From a virus (Duplodnaviria > Caudoviricetes): 52,689 bases of DNA. Below are positions 1 through 9,265 of this stretch, piece by piece (position 1 is the stretch's first letter; each line of letters begins with the position of its first letter). The stretch is from the IMG/VR virus record IMGVR_UViG_3300025322_000532, positions 1 through 52,689 of that record; one strand, given 5' to 3'. Made by a program: the position numbers and the translations under genes. Under the pieces are notes generated by a model. It ran no database searches and had not been told where the DNA came from. It saw nothing but the letters and a program-made list of their open reading frames with translations.

Positions 1-1171
1 TACGACGCTTTGACGAGGATCCCGTCTGAGCCATTGTCTCCCAAGCCTCCGCCCCAGACCACGTTCGGACTGGCGCAGACCGCCACGCTGTTGATGTCGT
101 CGTTCGCCGGGATCGAGCCCGCCCGCTCAGGCATGGTCTGGAAGGTCTGGCCGCCGTCGATCGTCCGCAGCATCCGGCCGGCCGGTCCCGCGACCGTCAC
201 GCCGAGGTACCCGACCACCGAATCGAAAAACCGGATGTCGTTCACGGCCGTCGGAGTAATCGGGAGTGTGATCTCAGTCCAGGTCACGCCGGCGTCCGAG
301 GTCCTCCACAGATCGCCGTTGGCATCCCCCACCAGCCACAGCCGGGCATCGTACATCCAGATGGCCGTCAGGTTCACGCCGACCGCCGGGCCAGTCAAGC
401 TCTGCCAGGTCGAGCCCCCGTTGGTGGTGTAGACCACGGCGTTCAGGTCCCCGACCGCCACGATGTTCAGCTTGTCGAGGGCGTGGATCGCTTCGAGATC
501 CTGGATCGTGGCGACTCCCGCGTCCTGCACCGAGACTCCCCCTCGGGGATCATCGGTGAAGTAGATGTAGCCACCGGTGGCCCCCATCCAGGTATGGCTA
601 GGCCCGACGCTCGTGATCGAGAGCGGACCCTTACCGGCTACGAGTCCAGACGTGATCTCCACCCAGTTGTCGGTCCCGTCCAAGATGTCCTCGAAGTCGT
701 TGATATGGATCCCGCCGGCACCCGCGACGACCACCATATCTCCGCCAACGCAGACTGCATCGCCCGGCGTCTCGTTCGAGAACAGGGTTGAGATCGCCAG
801 GCTCGCCCCGGTGGCCCCGCCGTCATCGGAGTAGACCACGCTCGGATTCGTGCCCGGTGTGGCCCCTACCCCGATCTGGAGCGCAAAGACTTTCTGGCAG
901 CCGTCTGAGGGTTCGTCGCAGTCGCCGCACTCGATCGTGTCGCAGGCCAGGACCTTGGTGATCTCCCGGGCGATGACGGTCGAGAGCTGTTCCCCGAAGA
1001 GCAGGGGTTTGACCTCGTACATATCGTCGGCCGAGAACTCGCCGGTCTCGTTCGCCGCCGCCTGCTCGTCCGAGGCCAGGGCACCGAAGTTCTCGCCCGA
1101 GTAGCTGGAATACTTCACGTCGGTGAAGACCAGCACCTTGTCCCAGTTGGCATCGAAGTCCTGCGGGTTAG
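1..1171. repeat. Left copy of imperfect 1171-bp terminal direct repeat (circular overlap)
   Basis: Aligns without gaps to 51519-52689. About 106 substitutions counted by eye; the first 116 bp and last 121 bp are identical. Confidence 0.95.
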
Positions 1172-1490
1172 CGCACTTACCCAGATGGACCTGGACCCCC
1201 GAAGCGCATCGCTTTCGCCCGATCCGCAGGAGTGAACTGAGATCCGCCCGCGGATACCGGGCGATGATCGAGGCCGTTGGTCGTTCTTTCGCGCCCTGGA
1301 TCGAATCGATCTGATCGAACTCGTTGAACCGGGTCTCCGAGGGAACCTCGACCCGTTCAATATCTCCAAACCCGAAGGTCGGATCCCCAATCCGGGCGAA
1401 CCCGAAAAAGTCCTTCCCGCGTCCGGGTCCGAATCCATCCTCAAACAACCAGACCCGGCTCTCTCCTGCTTTCAGTACATCACCAGCCAT
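1..1490 (-). CDS. Putative major tail protein with C-terminal BNR/Asp-box beta-propeller (496 aa, allele A; stop codon truncated at window edge)
   Basis: Not in the ORF track because it runs off the edge. ATG at 1490 has a GGAGGA RBS at 1495-1500 and reads MAGDVLKAGESRVWLF...GILVKAS. Asp-box-like motifs YSDDGG, TTNGGSTW, TSDAGVTW, TIDGGQTF. On the circle it directly precedes the tail chaperone and tape measure, the usual major tail slot. Confidence 0.65.
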   Translation of the reverse strand, partial: MAGDVLKAGESRVWLFEDGFGPGRGKDFFGFARIGDPTFGFGDIERVEVPSETRFNEFDQIDSIQGAKERPTASIIARYPRADLSSLLRIGRKRCASGVQVHLGKCANPQDFDANWDKVLVFTDVKYSSYSGENFGALASDEQAAANETGEFSADDMYEVKPLLFGEQLSTVIAREITKVLACDTIECGDCDEPSDGCQKVFALQIGVGATPGTNPSVVYSDDGGATGASLAISTLFSNETPGDAVCVGGDMVVVAGAGGIHINDFEDILDGTDNWVEITSGLVAGKGPLSITSVGPSHTWMGATGGYIYFTDDPRGGVSVQDAGVATIQDLEAIHALDKLNIVAVGDLNAVVYTTNGGSTWQSLTGPAVGVNLTAIWMYDARLWLVGDANGDLWRTSDAGVTWTEITLPITPTAVNDIRFFDSVVGYLGVTVAGPAGRMLRTIDGGQTFQTMPERAGSIPANDDINSVAVCASPNVVWGGGLGDNGSDGILVKAS

Positions 1491-1499
1491 GAGATCCTC

Positions 1500-1829
1500 C
1501 TATCCTCGTCCGTTTTGCTGCTCGAACGGGACTTCCATTTCCGCTTCGGCATAGGCTTGCATCAAGAGATGGACATCGACTTTTAGCGCCGACTGCAGCG
1601 CCCCGAAGATGGCTTGCGGATTCTTGCGGATGTCGCGAGCCCGGTACAGGCCGCGTTCATGGAGCGTGTTATGAAGCCTGGTCGCAAACGGCTCGGGGAG
1701 CTCCAAGAAGTCCACCGCATCGGGCGGCCCGAGCGGAATCCCCATCGGGGCCTCGGTGTCAGTCGCCTCATCGGGAAGGATCACCCGGTACTTGCGGCCC
1801 CGAGCATCGATCCAGTCGGCCTGTTTCAC
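1500..1829 (-). CDS. Hypothetical protein (head-tail region)
   Basis: 109-aa ORF coupled to its upstream neighbour by a GTGA overlap at 1826-1829; lies between the 414-aa gene and the tail gene. Confidence 0.7.
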   Translation of the reverse strand: MKQADWIDARGRKYRVILPDEATDTEAPMGIPLGPPDAVDFLELPEPFATRLHNTLHERGLYRARDIRKNPQAIFGALQSALKVDVHLLMQAYAEAEMEVPFEQQNGRG

Positions 1830-3070
1830 TTGCGAATTCTCCGGCCATCGCTCTGAACCTGCCGCCAGGCGTAGACCCCGCCTCGGGAAGGACCGAACGG
1901 ATTCAAGAGATCGGCCTCACTGATTTGATAGCTCACGTCAGATCCGGTGCGGGACAGATCCTCCCGCCAATACTCCACGAACTTCTCGACATTGTTGCAT
2001 GAACACAACTCGCGGTCAAGGAGCGCGGCGGATAGATAGACGATGGCTTTCTCCCAATAGGGGTCAAGCTGCACCCGTGGGCAAGACACCCGCGGATCGG
2101 TCGATTGCCAACCCGCATAGTACCAGACTCGGAGCTGCTCGGGGTCTCGCCCGACCGAGAATTCCGCCACATCGAACTGCTCATCATCGGAATCCCATGT
2201 CGCCGGCCGATAGGTCAGCTCGCCTAATCGTTCGTTGCGGACGGCCAGGCATCCAGTCTGGGTCGAGAAGGAGCACTCGACACAGCCCGATCCGTTGCAG
2301 TTCGAGCAGCCCGACGGCTCGTGCTCCCAGAGCAGATTGGCCTGGCTCTGCGGATCGTTCCAGACCCGATAGACATCGATCGTCGTTTCGTAGGACGCAG
2401 CCAGGTCCCCGTTGATTCTCTGGTCGGGTAGCTCGGCATCTAGGCGTTCCTGGAGCGTAGGCTTGACCAACTGCCAGCGATCGAAAGTGATCGTGGCTAC
2501 TCCGCCCGCAATCGTGACCGTGATCGGCCGGATCTCGTAGGCGAAGCTCCCGGCCTGGCCGGGCAAGAACGCCCGGATTTCGCAGGGGGAGGTTACAGCG
2601 GTCGCCACCGTCGCGACGGCCCGTTCGTCGTAGCCATCCCCATCGACATCCGAGACCGTGACCACAACCAGATCATCAATCAATACCTGCGCCCGCTGCC
2701 CGCCCGAGATCACATAACCCCAATCGGTTTCGATCGACTTGGCGAGGCCCCGGACGTTCACCGAAGCACTTGAGAACAGCTCGGGCCTTGCCGGACGGAC
2801 AGTCTGCCTGCGCTCATCAGCCACCCAATCCGGAAGCAGGAAGTACCCGAGCTCGGACGCGATCTTCATCTCCGCATCCCGGATCGCTTGGGCTAGGTCC
2901 TCGCGGGAGGTGTAGTTTGGATTCTGATAAGCAAATTGAGTCCACGCATCGTTGCAGTTGCTGGCAGGGACGACGGAGGAGAAGAGCTGATTGGCATGTA
3001 ATGGATTCACCCCGAGGATCTGGAAAAAGCGATCCAAACTAAGCCACGTCGGAGTCGTTGCCCTAGCCAT
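1826..3070 (-). CDS. Putative head-tail connector/completion virion protein (414 aa)
   Basis: Long coupled ORF. SREDLAQAIRDAE..IASELGY and ..RVWYYAG resemble adaptor/connector motifs; position precedes the tail genes. Confidence 0.55.
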   Translation of the reverse strand: MARATTPTWLSLDRFFQILGVNPLHANQLFSSVVPASNCNDAWTQFAYQNPNYTSREDLAQAIRDAEMKIASELGYFLLPDWVADERRQTVRPARPELFSSASVNVRGLAKSIETDWGYVISGGQRAQVLIDDLVVVTVSDVDGDGYDERAVATVATAVTSPCEIRAFLPGQAGSFAYEIRPITVTIAGGVATITFDRWQLVKPTLQERLDAELPDQRINGDLAASYETTIDVYRVWNDPQSQANLLWEHEPSGCSNCNGSGCVECSFSTQTGCLAVRNERLGELTYRPATWDSDDEQFDVAEFSVGRDPEQLRVWYYAGWQSTDPRVSCPRVQLDPYWEKAIVYLSAALLDRELCSCNNVEKFVEYWREDLSRTGSDVSYQISEADLLNPFGPSRGGVYAWRQVQSDGRRIRK

Positions 3071-3360
3071 CAGAAGGTGCCCCGAGCCTCTTCGCGCATC
3101 GCTTGCTGAGCGGCTGGATGATCCTGTGTCAGTGGCAAAGAACCTGTGCGCCTCGGAAGTTCCTGATCTACAGAATAACCAGGATGGGGTGGTTGCTTCT
3201 TCTTGCGGACATGGGCGATCTCCACTTTCGCCTCGACGTAGAACTCGCCGGGATCAGGCCGGATCTCACCCCGATAAATGATCTCGCCGTGCCAAAGCAC
3301 TCTCAGGCGATCTGCAATGCTCAGGCGGATGTGGGTCTGGAACCATGCTGGTGTGCCCAT
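3070..3360 (-). CDS. Hypothetical protein
   Basis: ORF with TGATG coupling at 3070 and a GGAG upstream of ATG 3360. Confidence 0.5.
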   Translation of the reverse strand: MGTPAWFQTHIRLSIADRLRVLWHGEIIYRGEIRPDPGEFYVEAKVEIAHVRKKKQPPHPGYSVDQELPRRTGSLPLTQDHPAAQQAMREEARGTF

Positions 3361-3390
3361 TATCAATCTCCCAATATTGGAATGGTAGCC

Positions 3391-3723
3391 CTAGCCATGA
3401 TTATGGCGTTCCACGATGATCGCCAAACTACTCAACCCTAAAACCGCGGAGACGGCCATCGTAGCAGAGGCGGAGAGTCCGAATGCGATGAACCATACCA
3501 GACCGATCCAAGGAGAGAGGCACCAGGTACAAGCCAGTAGTTTTCCCACTTCTCCACGAACGTTATCTGTATCGGGTCGACCGTCGTCGAAATGATCGAT
3601 TCCTGCGGCGGATCGGATTCGTTGGAAGACTGCGAAAGGTCCTCGCTCATACGAAATCAGCGCCGAGACTCTCCATACCGCCAGGCCTCCGACAAGTAGC
3701 TCAGGCAGGTTCGGGACTGGCAC
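3391..3723 (-). CDS. DUF1360-like membrane protein
   Basis: Hydrophobic segments plus LAVWRVSALI..ERGPF and LLACTWCLSPW (CxWC) motif. Confidence 0.65.
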   Translation of the reverse strand: MPVPNLPELLVGGLAVWRVSALISYERGPFAVFQRIRSAAGIDHFDDGRPDTDNVRGEVGKLLACTWCLSPWIGLVWFIAFGLSASATMAVSAVLGLSSLAIIVERHNHG

Positions 3724-4237
3724 GTTCCGTCAGCCTGTCCTCAAGGATCCGGATGGCTCCCACCCGCTTCTTCCCGGCCCGCTCTTCCTGCAGCCATTGT
3801 AGTAAGGTCGAGTCCTCCGCGTCAACCGCCGCGCTTGAAATCTGAGCGATGGTCATGTCGTCGGTCTTGCGCGGATCGGGGCCGGGCATCTCCGGGAAAT
3901 CGGGCATCGCCGGCGGGCCGGTGACTTCAACCGGGACCCGGATGCGCTGGCGCTCGGGAGCCTTCTGGACAGTCAGGAAGTCGGGCTTGCCTTTCCGGCT
4001 CCGGCCCAAGAGAACCTCGGCATCGCTGGAGATCACGTACTTCGGCTCGTTGCGGTGGAAGACGTAGACGGTGTTCGTGATCGGGCCCCGGATCGTGACT
4101 TTCCCGTCTCCTGGCCCTTGGTAAGCCAGTAGCGTCATCGGGCCTTCGAGCGCGGCCTGCATCCTGGCACCGAGCGCCGGATTGGAACTCGGATTGATGC
4201 TGGCCTTCGCTTTCCCTGGACAACCTCCGCAGGGCAT
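3701..4237 (-). CDS. Probable internally initiated in-frame product (178 aa) of the GT gene
   Basis: AGGAG at 4249-4245 lies 7 nt upstream of in-frame ATG 4237, exactly at the GT/non-GT domain boundary. Confidence 0.45.
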   Translation of the reverse strand: MPCGGCPGKAKASINPSSNPALGARMQAALEGPMTLLAYQGPGDGKVTIRGPITNTVYVFHRNEPKYVISSDAEVLLGRSRKGKPDFLTVQKAPERQRIRVPVEVTGPPAMPDFPEMPGPDPRKTDDMTIAQISSAAVDAEDSTLLQWLQEERAGKKRVGAIRILEDRLTERASPEPA

Positions 4238-6661
4238 GGTCTTTCTCCTCTCGTAGTAATCGGCCCAGTTGCGCCGGATCATCTTGAGTATAGCGTCTTT
4301 CTTGCCGAAGCTGTCCTCCCGGATGGTCCCGGTCCGGAACCGGTAGATGAATCCGGGGATGGGCACCCGGTAGCTGCAGACCCCCGCGGCCTGGAGGGCA
4401 ATCAGGTAATCCCAGTCCTCCCACCCCGGCATCGTCTCGTTGTAGCCTTCGACTTCCTCATGTGCCCACTTTGGAATCAGACAGGTCATGGCGTGCCGCA
4501 TCTTGATCAACACGTCCCCGCAGCGGAACTCGTCGGACTCGACCATCTGCATCGGCTCGCGTGGATCCGGTTCTGCTTTCAGCCAGTCGGTGTAGATCAG
4601 GCCGCCGCCGGTCCCGATGTGATAGGCGTACATCTCTTCCAATGCATTCGAGAGCAGCATGTCATCCGCATCGAGCAGAAAGATCGCCTCCGAAACCGCG
4701 TGGCGGGCCGCGAGATTGCGGGCCTGGGACGGCCGCATGAGCTGTCCAGGATCAATCACTTTCGCCCACGGACAGCCGGCGACCGGGGAATCGAATTGGT
4801 CTGCGCTCGGCCAAGCCTTGCCCGTCGCGTTGACAACAATCGCTTCCCAGTCCTGAAAGGTCTGGGCCAAGACCGAATCGAGCGCGTCGATGACGTACTT
4901 CTCGTGCCCCGGCCCGACGGGGATCAGGACCGAGACTCTGGGACTCACTCGATCCGGAACCGGCCAGAAGCGCACCCCCGGAGGTGGGTCTCCCTGGGCC
5001 GACCACGGCACCATGTCCTCGTTCGGATGCCCGATGCTGGTCCGCATGAGCGCCGCCCCGTCCTTGCCGTTGTCGGCTCCCAACCGCCAGGGAAACTCCA
5101 GCGTCCAATCCCCGTCGCCGGGTTCTCCCTGCGACTTGGAATCCGACCGCCAGCGGTAGACCAAGGTCGCGGCTTCGGTGACTTTCTGGATCTTGAACCC
5201 GAAGCTGGAGGCGAGGATCCACAACGGCGCATCCTCGGCTCGCCAATGGCGAGTTCTGTAGCCTCCAGTCCGCTCCATGACCTCCCGCCTCATCAGCGCG
5301 GAGTAGGGGAGCTGGTTGAGGTGCGCCATCTGGGCCCGCCAGTTGTACTGCGCGAACGGCCAGGAGTTCCGTTGACGGTTTGTTCCGTCCTCGCTCACCG
5401 TGTCCAGATGCCCATAGGCCACATGGATCGATGGGTCTTGATCCAGCACGCCCGCGAGGGTTCGTAGCGCGTGTTCGGCCAGCATATCATCGGCATCCAG
5501 AAACAGAATGTACCGGCCCTTGGCGTGGGTGAACCCGAAGTTGCGAGCGCCAGGGAGCTTCAGATTTTCGGGCGTTCGGAGGTAACGGAAGCGGGGATCC
5601 TGCTGAGACCGAACAATGGAGACCGGATCGTCCGCGCTCGCATCGTCAATGACGAGGCATTCCCAGTCCTGGAAATCCTGCGCCGCCACAGAAGCCAGGC
5701 AGTCGCCAAGATACCGAGCGAGATTGTGAGTCGTGACCACCACCGAGACCTTGACTGCTTGGGCATCCCACCAAAGCCGCGCCCGTTTGAAGAGATCCGC
5801 ATATTGCTCAATCCTCCGTTCCCAGCCCCAGCGGGTCACGACATCGTGGCGGGCATTGGCTCCTAAGACATCCCGGTTCTCCAACGCCCACTGCAGGCCC
5901 TCGGCTAGGGCCTCGTAGTCTCCAGGCTCGGCCAGAAATCCGGTCTCAGTATGCTTGACGATTTCGGCCTGCCCGCCCCAGTTCCAGCCCACGACCGGGA
6001 CTCCGCAGCTCATCGCTTCAAGCGTCCCGATTCCGAAGGTCTCACGCGCGGTCGCGAGATAGACCCCGGAATTTCGCACGATTTCCCGCATGTCCCCGAC
6101 CGGCATGACCCCGAGGATCTGGATATTGGACGGCGCGGGACCCGGCGCAATCGTGGACTGAAACGCCACATTCGGGACTCGCTTCGCGACCTCGATCAGG
6201 TCATAGGGATCGCTGACCGGATCGGCGCGGGCTTTGTTCCAGAGCACCGTCGGCCGCCAGTTGCCGGAAGGAGTCCATTCGTCCGAATCGACTCCGTGGT
6301 ACACGACCTCGGGATAGACCAGCATGCCTCGGCGCAGGGCCCGGGCGACCCATTCGCTCGGCGCGGTATGGAATTGGGCGCGGGCCATCGCCCGGACGAC
6401 TTCCCGATTGGCCTCATGTGCCCAATTCGGCCAGTCATAGCGACTCCAATAGCAGCCATGATTCGCGTTCACGATCGGGCGGTCCGGCGGCATATCCACG
6501 ACCATCGTCCCATGCGTGCAGACGACATCGGCCTCCCGCCAGCCCGTGACCGGTTCGATCCCGAACTGCGGGAGGTACTTCCACATGGCCTCAGAGACCC
6601 GGCGGATGCCGCCGTCGCCGTGATCCGGCTTGGCCCACGTAGGGATTATTGCGACCTTCAC
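3701..6661 (-). CDS. Multidomain glycosyltransferase: GT4 (GT-B) + GT2 + GT2 + C-terminal non-GT domain (986 aa)
   Basis: GT4 motif ETFGIGTLEAMSCGVPVV. GT2 #1 VSVVVTTHN...IDDAS...FLDADD. GT2 #2 VSVLIPVG...LLDADD...GWEDWD. The C-terminal ~178 aa start MPCGGCPGK. Confidence 0.9.
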   Translation of the reverse strand: MKVAIIPTWAKPDHGDGGIRRVSEAMWKYLPQFGIEPVTGWREADVVCTHGTMVVDMPPDRPIVNANHGCYWSRYDWPNWAHEANREVVRAMARAQFHTAPSEWVARALRRGMLVYPEVVYHGVDSDEWTPSGNWRPTVLWNKARADPVSDPYDLIEVAKRVPNVAFQSTIAPGPAPSNIQILGVMPVGDMREIVRNSGVYLATARETFGIGTLEAMSCGVPVVGWNWGGQAEIVKHTETGFLAEPGDYEALAEGLQWALENRDVLGANARHDVVTRWGWERRIEQYADLFKRARLWWDAQAVKVSVVVTTHNLARYLGDCLASVAAQDFQDWECLVIDDASADDPVSIVRSQQDPRFRYLRTPENLKLPGARNFGFTHAKGRYILFLDADDMLAEHALRTLAGVLDQDPSIHVAYGHLDTVSEDGTNRQRNSWPFAQYNWRAQMAHLNQLPYSALMRREVMERTGGYRTRHWRAEDAPLWILASSFGFKIQKVTEAATLVYRWRSDSKSQGEPGDGDWTLEFPWRLGADNGKDGAALMRTSIGHPNEDMVPWSAQGDPPPGVRFWPVPDRVSPRVSVLIPVGPGHEKYVIDALDSVLAQTFQDWEAIVVNATGKAWPSADQFDSPVAGCPWAKVIDPGQLMRPSQARNLAARHAVSEAIFLLDADDMLLSNALEEMYAYHIGTGGGLIYTDWLKAEPDPREPMQMVESDEFRCGDVLIKMRHAMTCLIPKWAHEEVEGYNETMPGWEDWDYLIALQAAGVCSYRVPIPGFIYRFRTGTIREDSFGKKDAILKMIRRNWADYYERRKTMPCGGCPGKAKASINPSSNPALGARMQAALEGPMTLLAYQGPGDGKVTIRGPITNTVYVFHRNEPKYVISSDAEVLLGRSRKGKPDFLTVQKAPERQRIRVPVEVTGPPAMPDFPEMPGPDPRKTDDMTIAQISSAAVDAEDSTLLQWLQEERAGKKRVGAIRILEDRLTERASPEPA

Positions 6662-7587
6662 GCGGTTTCAGGCTGTTCGGCCCGCTCAAGTTTCCAGGCT
6701 TGGATAGTCTGTTTGAGGCCCTCTGTCAATGAGATAGTAGGCTCCCAATCCAGCCTGACTCGGGCTGCCCCAATCAGCATCACCACGGATCGCAGCTCGC
6801 CCGGCTTGGCGGGAGCATAGGTGATGACTTTGGATGATCCGGTAATCACGAGTAATTGCTGAACGATCTCGTTCACGCTGGTCCCGCGACCGGTAGCGAC
6901 GTTAAAGCTACCGATTTCCTCTGACTCTATGGCCTTCAGATTCGCCTCCGCCACGTCCTTGACGTAGACCCAATCCCGGACCTGTTCGCCGTCCCCGTTG
7001 ATCTGGAACGGTTCGCTATCCAGCATGTGCGCCAAGGCTCGAGCGATCAGGATGTTCTCGCCCAAAGGCTTCTGGCCGGGGCCGTAGACGTTGCCATACC
7101 GGAGAGCGGCCCATGAAAGACCCGAGCACGCGCAGTACATCTCGGCCGCGGCCTTGGAGACTCCGTAGGGGACCTGCGGAGAAACTGAATCGGTCTCTAG
7201 GTAGAATCCATCCTCTTTCGGGCCGTAGACCGCCGAGGTCGAGGCCATGACGATCCGCTTGCAGCCGGATCGCTGGGCCGCCTGCAAAACCGAGAGAGTC
7301 CCGAAGATATTGTGATGGGCATCATAGAAAGGCGTTTCGATGCTCTGCTGCAGGCTGGCGTTCGCCGCCAGATGGAGCACCGCGTCGGGCCGGAACCGCT
7401 TGAACGCGGTCTCCATCCCGGCATAATCCGTGATGTCCCAAGCCATCGGCTTGTAGGCCCCAAAAGGATCGCCGGTGTAGGCGGGCAGATTCCGATCGAT
7501 GCCGAGAACCCGGTGTTTGGCTTCGATCAGCCGGCGGACGGAATGGCGGCCGATGAACCCGGCCGAGCCGGTGACGACGACCCTCAT
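6658..7587 (-). CDS. NAD-dependent nucleotide-sugar epimerase/dehydratase (extended SDR, GalE-like)
   Basis: MRVVVTGSAGFIG (GxxGxxG), HLAA, STSAVYG, YGVSK (YxxxK), LRYGNVYGP, RDWVYVKD. ATGA overlap supports the start at 7587. Confidence 0.92.
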   Translation of the reverse strand: MRVVVTGSAGFIGRHSVRRLIEAKHRVLGIDRNLPAYTGDPFGAYKPMAWDITDYAGMETAFKRFRPDAVLHLAANASLQQSIETPFYDAHHNIFGTLSVLQAAQRSGCKRIVMASTSAVYGPKEDGFYLETDSVSPQVPYGVSKAAAEMYCACSGLSWAALRYGNVYGPGQKPLGENILIARALAHMLDSEPFQINGDGEQVRDWVYVKDVAEANLKAIESEEIGSFNVATGRGTSVNEIVQQLLVITGSSKVITYAPAKPGELRSVVMLIGAARVRLDWEPTISLTEGLKQTIQAWKLERAEQPETA

Positions 7588-8270
7588 GGTGTCACTTTGT
7601 AGCTCGGTTCCTGGCCGATGTGCCCGAACACGCTCCACCCGCCGTTCGGGAGGTTGACCGGCCACCAGATCTCGGGGCCGTCTCTCTTTTCCCGCATCTT
7701 CGCGTCGTGCCAAATCTCGCAGTCGCCGGGGTTTTTGCCCGAAGGATAGCCCTCGTAGGCTTCGAAGTAGCGGCGGTGGCGGATGCTTGGATTTCCTGAA
7801 TAAGCGTACTGCGTGGACTTCTGGATCCGCAAGTAATGCACGCCGTCATGCCCGACCGAATGCAGATCCAAGCCCACGGCGAGATACCCGAGCCTCACCA
7901 TACCGACCTCGGGCTTGTCGAGCAGGAGCTTGACGTAGCGCGTGACATCTAGGTCCTGTGTCAATTCCCAGTCGTCCTCCAGCCAAAGGATCAGATCGCA
8001 ATGCTCCAAGGCTTGCTGAACCGCCCGATTCCAGGACGGGCCGGGACCTAGCTTCTCAGAGTGCGATCCGAAGACTGTCGCTTCCTTCTGCTCCAAAGCC
8101 GCGAGCACGCTGAAAAAGTGCGGTGGATCGGAACCATCGTCGGCGACGTACCAAGCCAGGTTCGGATACTTCAGCCGTTCGCAGACTGAATTCACCGTCC
8201 GCACCGCGTAATCGGTGCGCTGGTAGGTCAGGAGGCAGGCCGCCATCCGAGGCCAGTCGTTGTCAGGCAT
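7584..8270 (-). CDS. Glycosyltransferase family 2
   Basis: LLTYQR, VADDGS, WNRA, LWLEDDW GT-A motifs. Confidence 0.85.
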   Translation of the reverse strand: MPDNDWPRMAACLLTYQRTDYAVRTVNSVCERLKYPNLAWYVADDGSDPPHFFSVLAALEQKEATVFGSHSEKLGPGPSWNRAVQQALEHCDLILWLEDDWELTQDLDVTRYVKLLLDKPEVGMVRLGYLAVGLDLHSVGHDGVHYLRIQKSTQYAYSGNPSIRHRRYFEAYEGYPSGKNPGDCEIWHDAKMREKRDGPEIWWPVNLPNGGWSVFGHIGQEPSYKVTP

Positions 8271-9265
8271 CAGAAATCCGGTTCATCCCGATAGACCACC
8301 TCGCTGCCCGGCACCCCATACTTCACATGGATCCGCCGCAACTTGGTCGCGTGATCGACGGCCTCCAGCCGGTCTTCTGGCACGCAGAACACGAAGAACC
8401 CGCCCGCCCCGGCGCCGCAGAGCTTCCCGCCTGTAGCCCCGGCCTGCAAGGCCCGATTGTAGACGAGATCGAGGTCCGGAGTAGACACCTGATCCGACAA
8501 CCGCTTCTTGCGCTGCCAGGATTCGTCCAGGACGTAGCCCATGTCCTTGACCCGTCCGTCGATCAGCATTTCCCGGGCTTGGCTGGCGAGGCCGGCGATC
8601 GCCCGGGTCTCGGCCGCGGTCCTGTCGTTCTTGCGGATCCTCTCGGACGCGTTCCTGAGCACGTTCTGGGCCTGGCGATGAATCCCCGTGTAGTAAAGCG
8701 GGAACCAGCGGCTCATCTGATCCAGCGTTGAGGTCGGCAGGTTAAGATTCTCAATCCCGACCGGTCCATTCGGATCGAAACTCATGTAATTCACGCCCCC
8801 GAACGCCGCCGCGAACTGATCCTGTTTTCCGCCATCTTGTTTAAGGCGGGCGAGTTCGATTTCGACGGCGTGATTCGCGAGCCAGGTCGGAGACGGCCGG
8901 GCTCCGAGATAAGACCCCAGCGCATGGAGGACCGCGACCGCGGTGCTGCTGCTCGATCCGAGACCCGAACCCTTCCCAGGGATCTGGCCTACGCTCGTGA
9001 TCTCCAGCCCCATCCCGGCGCCGGTCAGCTGAATCGCTTCCCGGACCAGATCGTGACTCAGGTAATCCAGCCGATCCACGTCCTCGGTGACGCTGTAGCT
9101 CAACCGGACCCGGTTCGGATGCCAATGGCGGCTCAGGGTGACGTAGACATAGGCCCCGATCGCCGCATTGACGACCGCCCCGCTCTCGCCCCGCTCCAGC
9201 CAGGCCACGAGATCCGAACCCCCGCCGGCGAAGCTGACCCGCAGCGGAGTCCGGACGACGATCAT
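8270..9265 (-). CDS. hddA: GHMP kinase, D-glycero-alpha-D-manno-heptose-7-phosphate kinase (HddA)-like
   Basis: RTPLRVSFAGGGSD, PGKGSGLGSSS, GGKQDQFAAAFGG, GGKLCGAGAGGF. Start at 9265 from the ATGA overlap. Confidence 0.85.
   Translation of the reverse strand: MIVVRTPLRVSFAGGGSDLVAWLERGESGAVVNAAIGAYVYVTLSRHWHPNRVRLSYSVTEDVDRLDYLSHDLVREAIQLTGAGMGLEITSVGQIPGKGSGLGSSSSTAVAVLHALGSYLGARPSPTWLANHAVEIELARLKQDGGKQDQFAAAFGGVNYMSFDPNGPVGIENLNLPTSTLDQMSRWFPLYYTGIHRQAQNVLRNASERIRKNDRTAAETRAIAGLASQAREMLIDGRVKDMGYVLDESWQRKKRLSDQVSTPDLDLVYNRALQAGATGGKLCGAGAGGFFVFCVPEDRLEAVDHATKLRRIHVKYGVPGSEVVYRDEPDF

Noticed and set aside
1-1171. Diverged repeat pair as a diversity-generating retroelement TR/VR
   Set aside because: No reverse transcriptase; differences are mostly synonymous, involve all bases rather than adenines only, and span ~930 bp.
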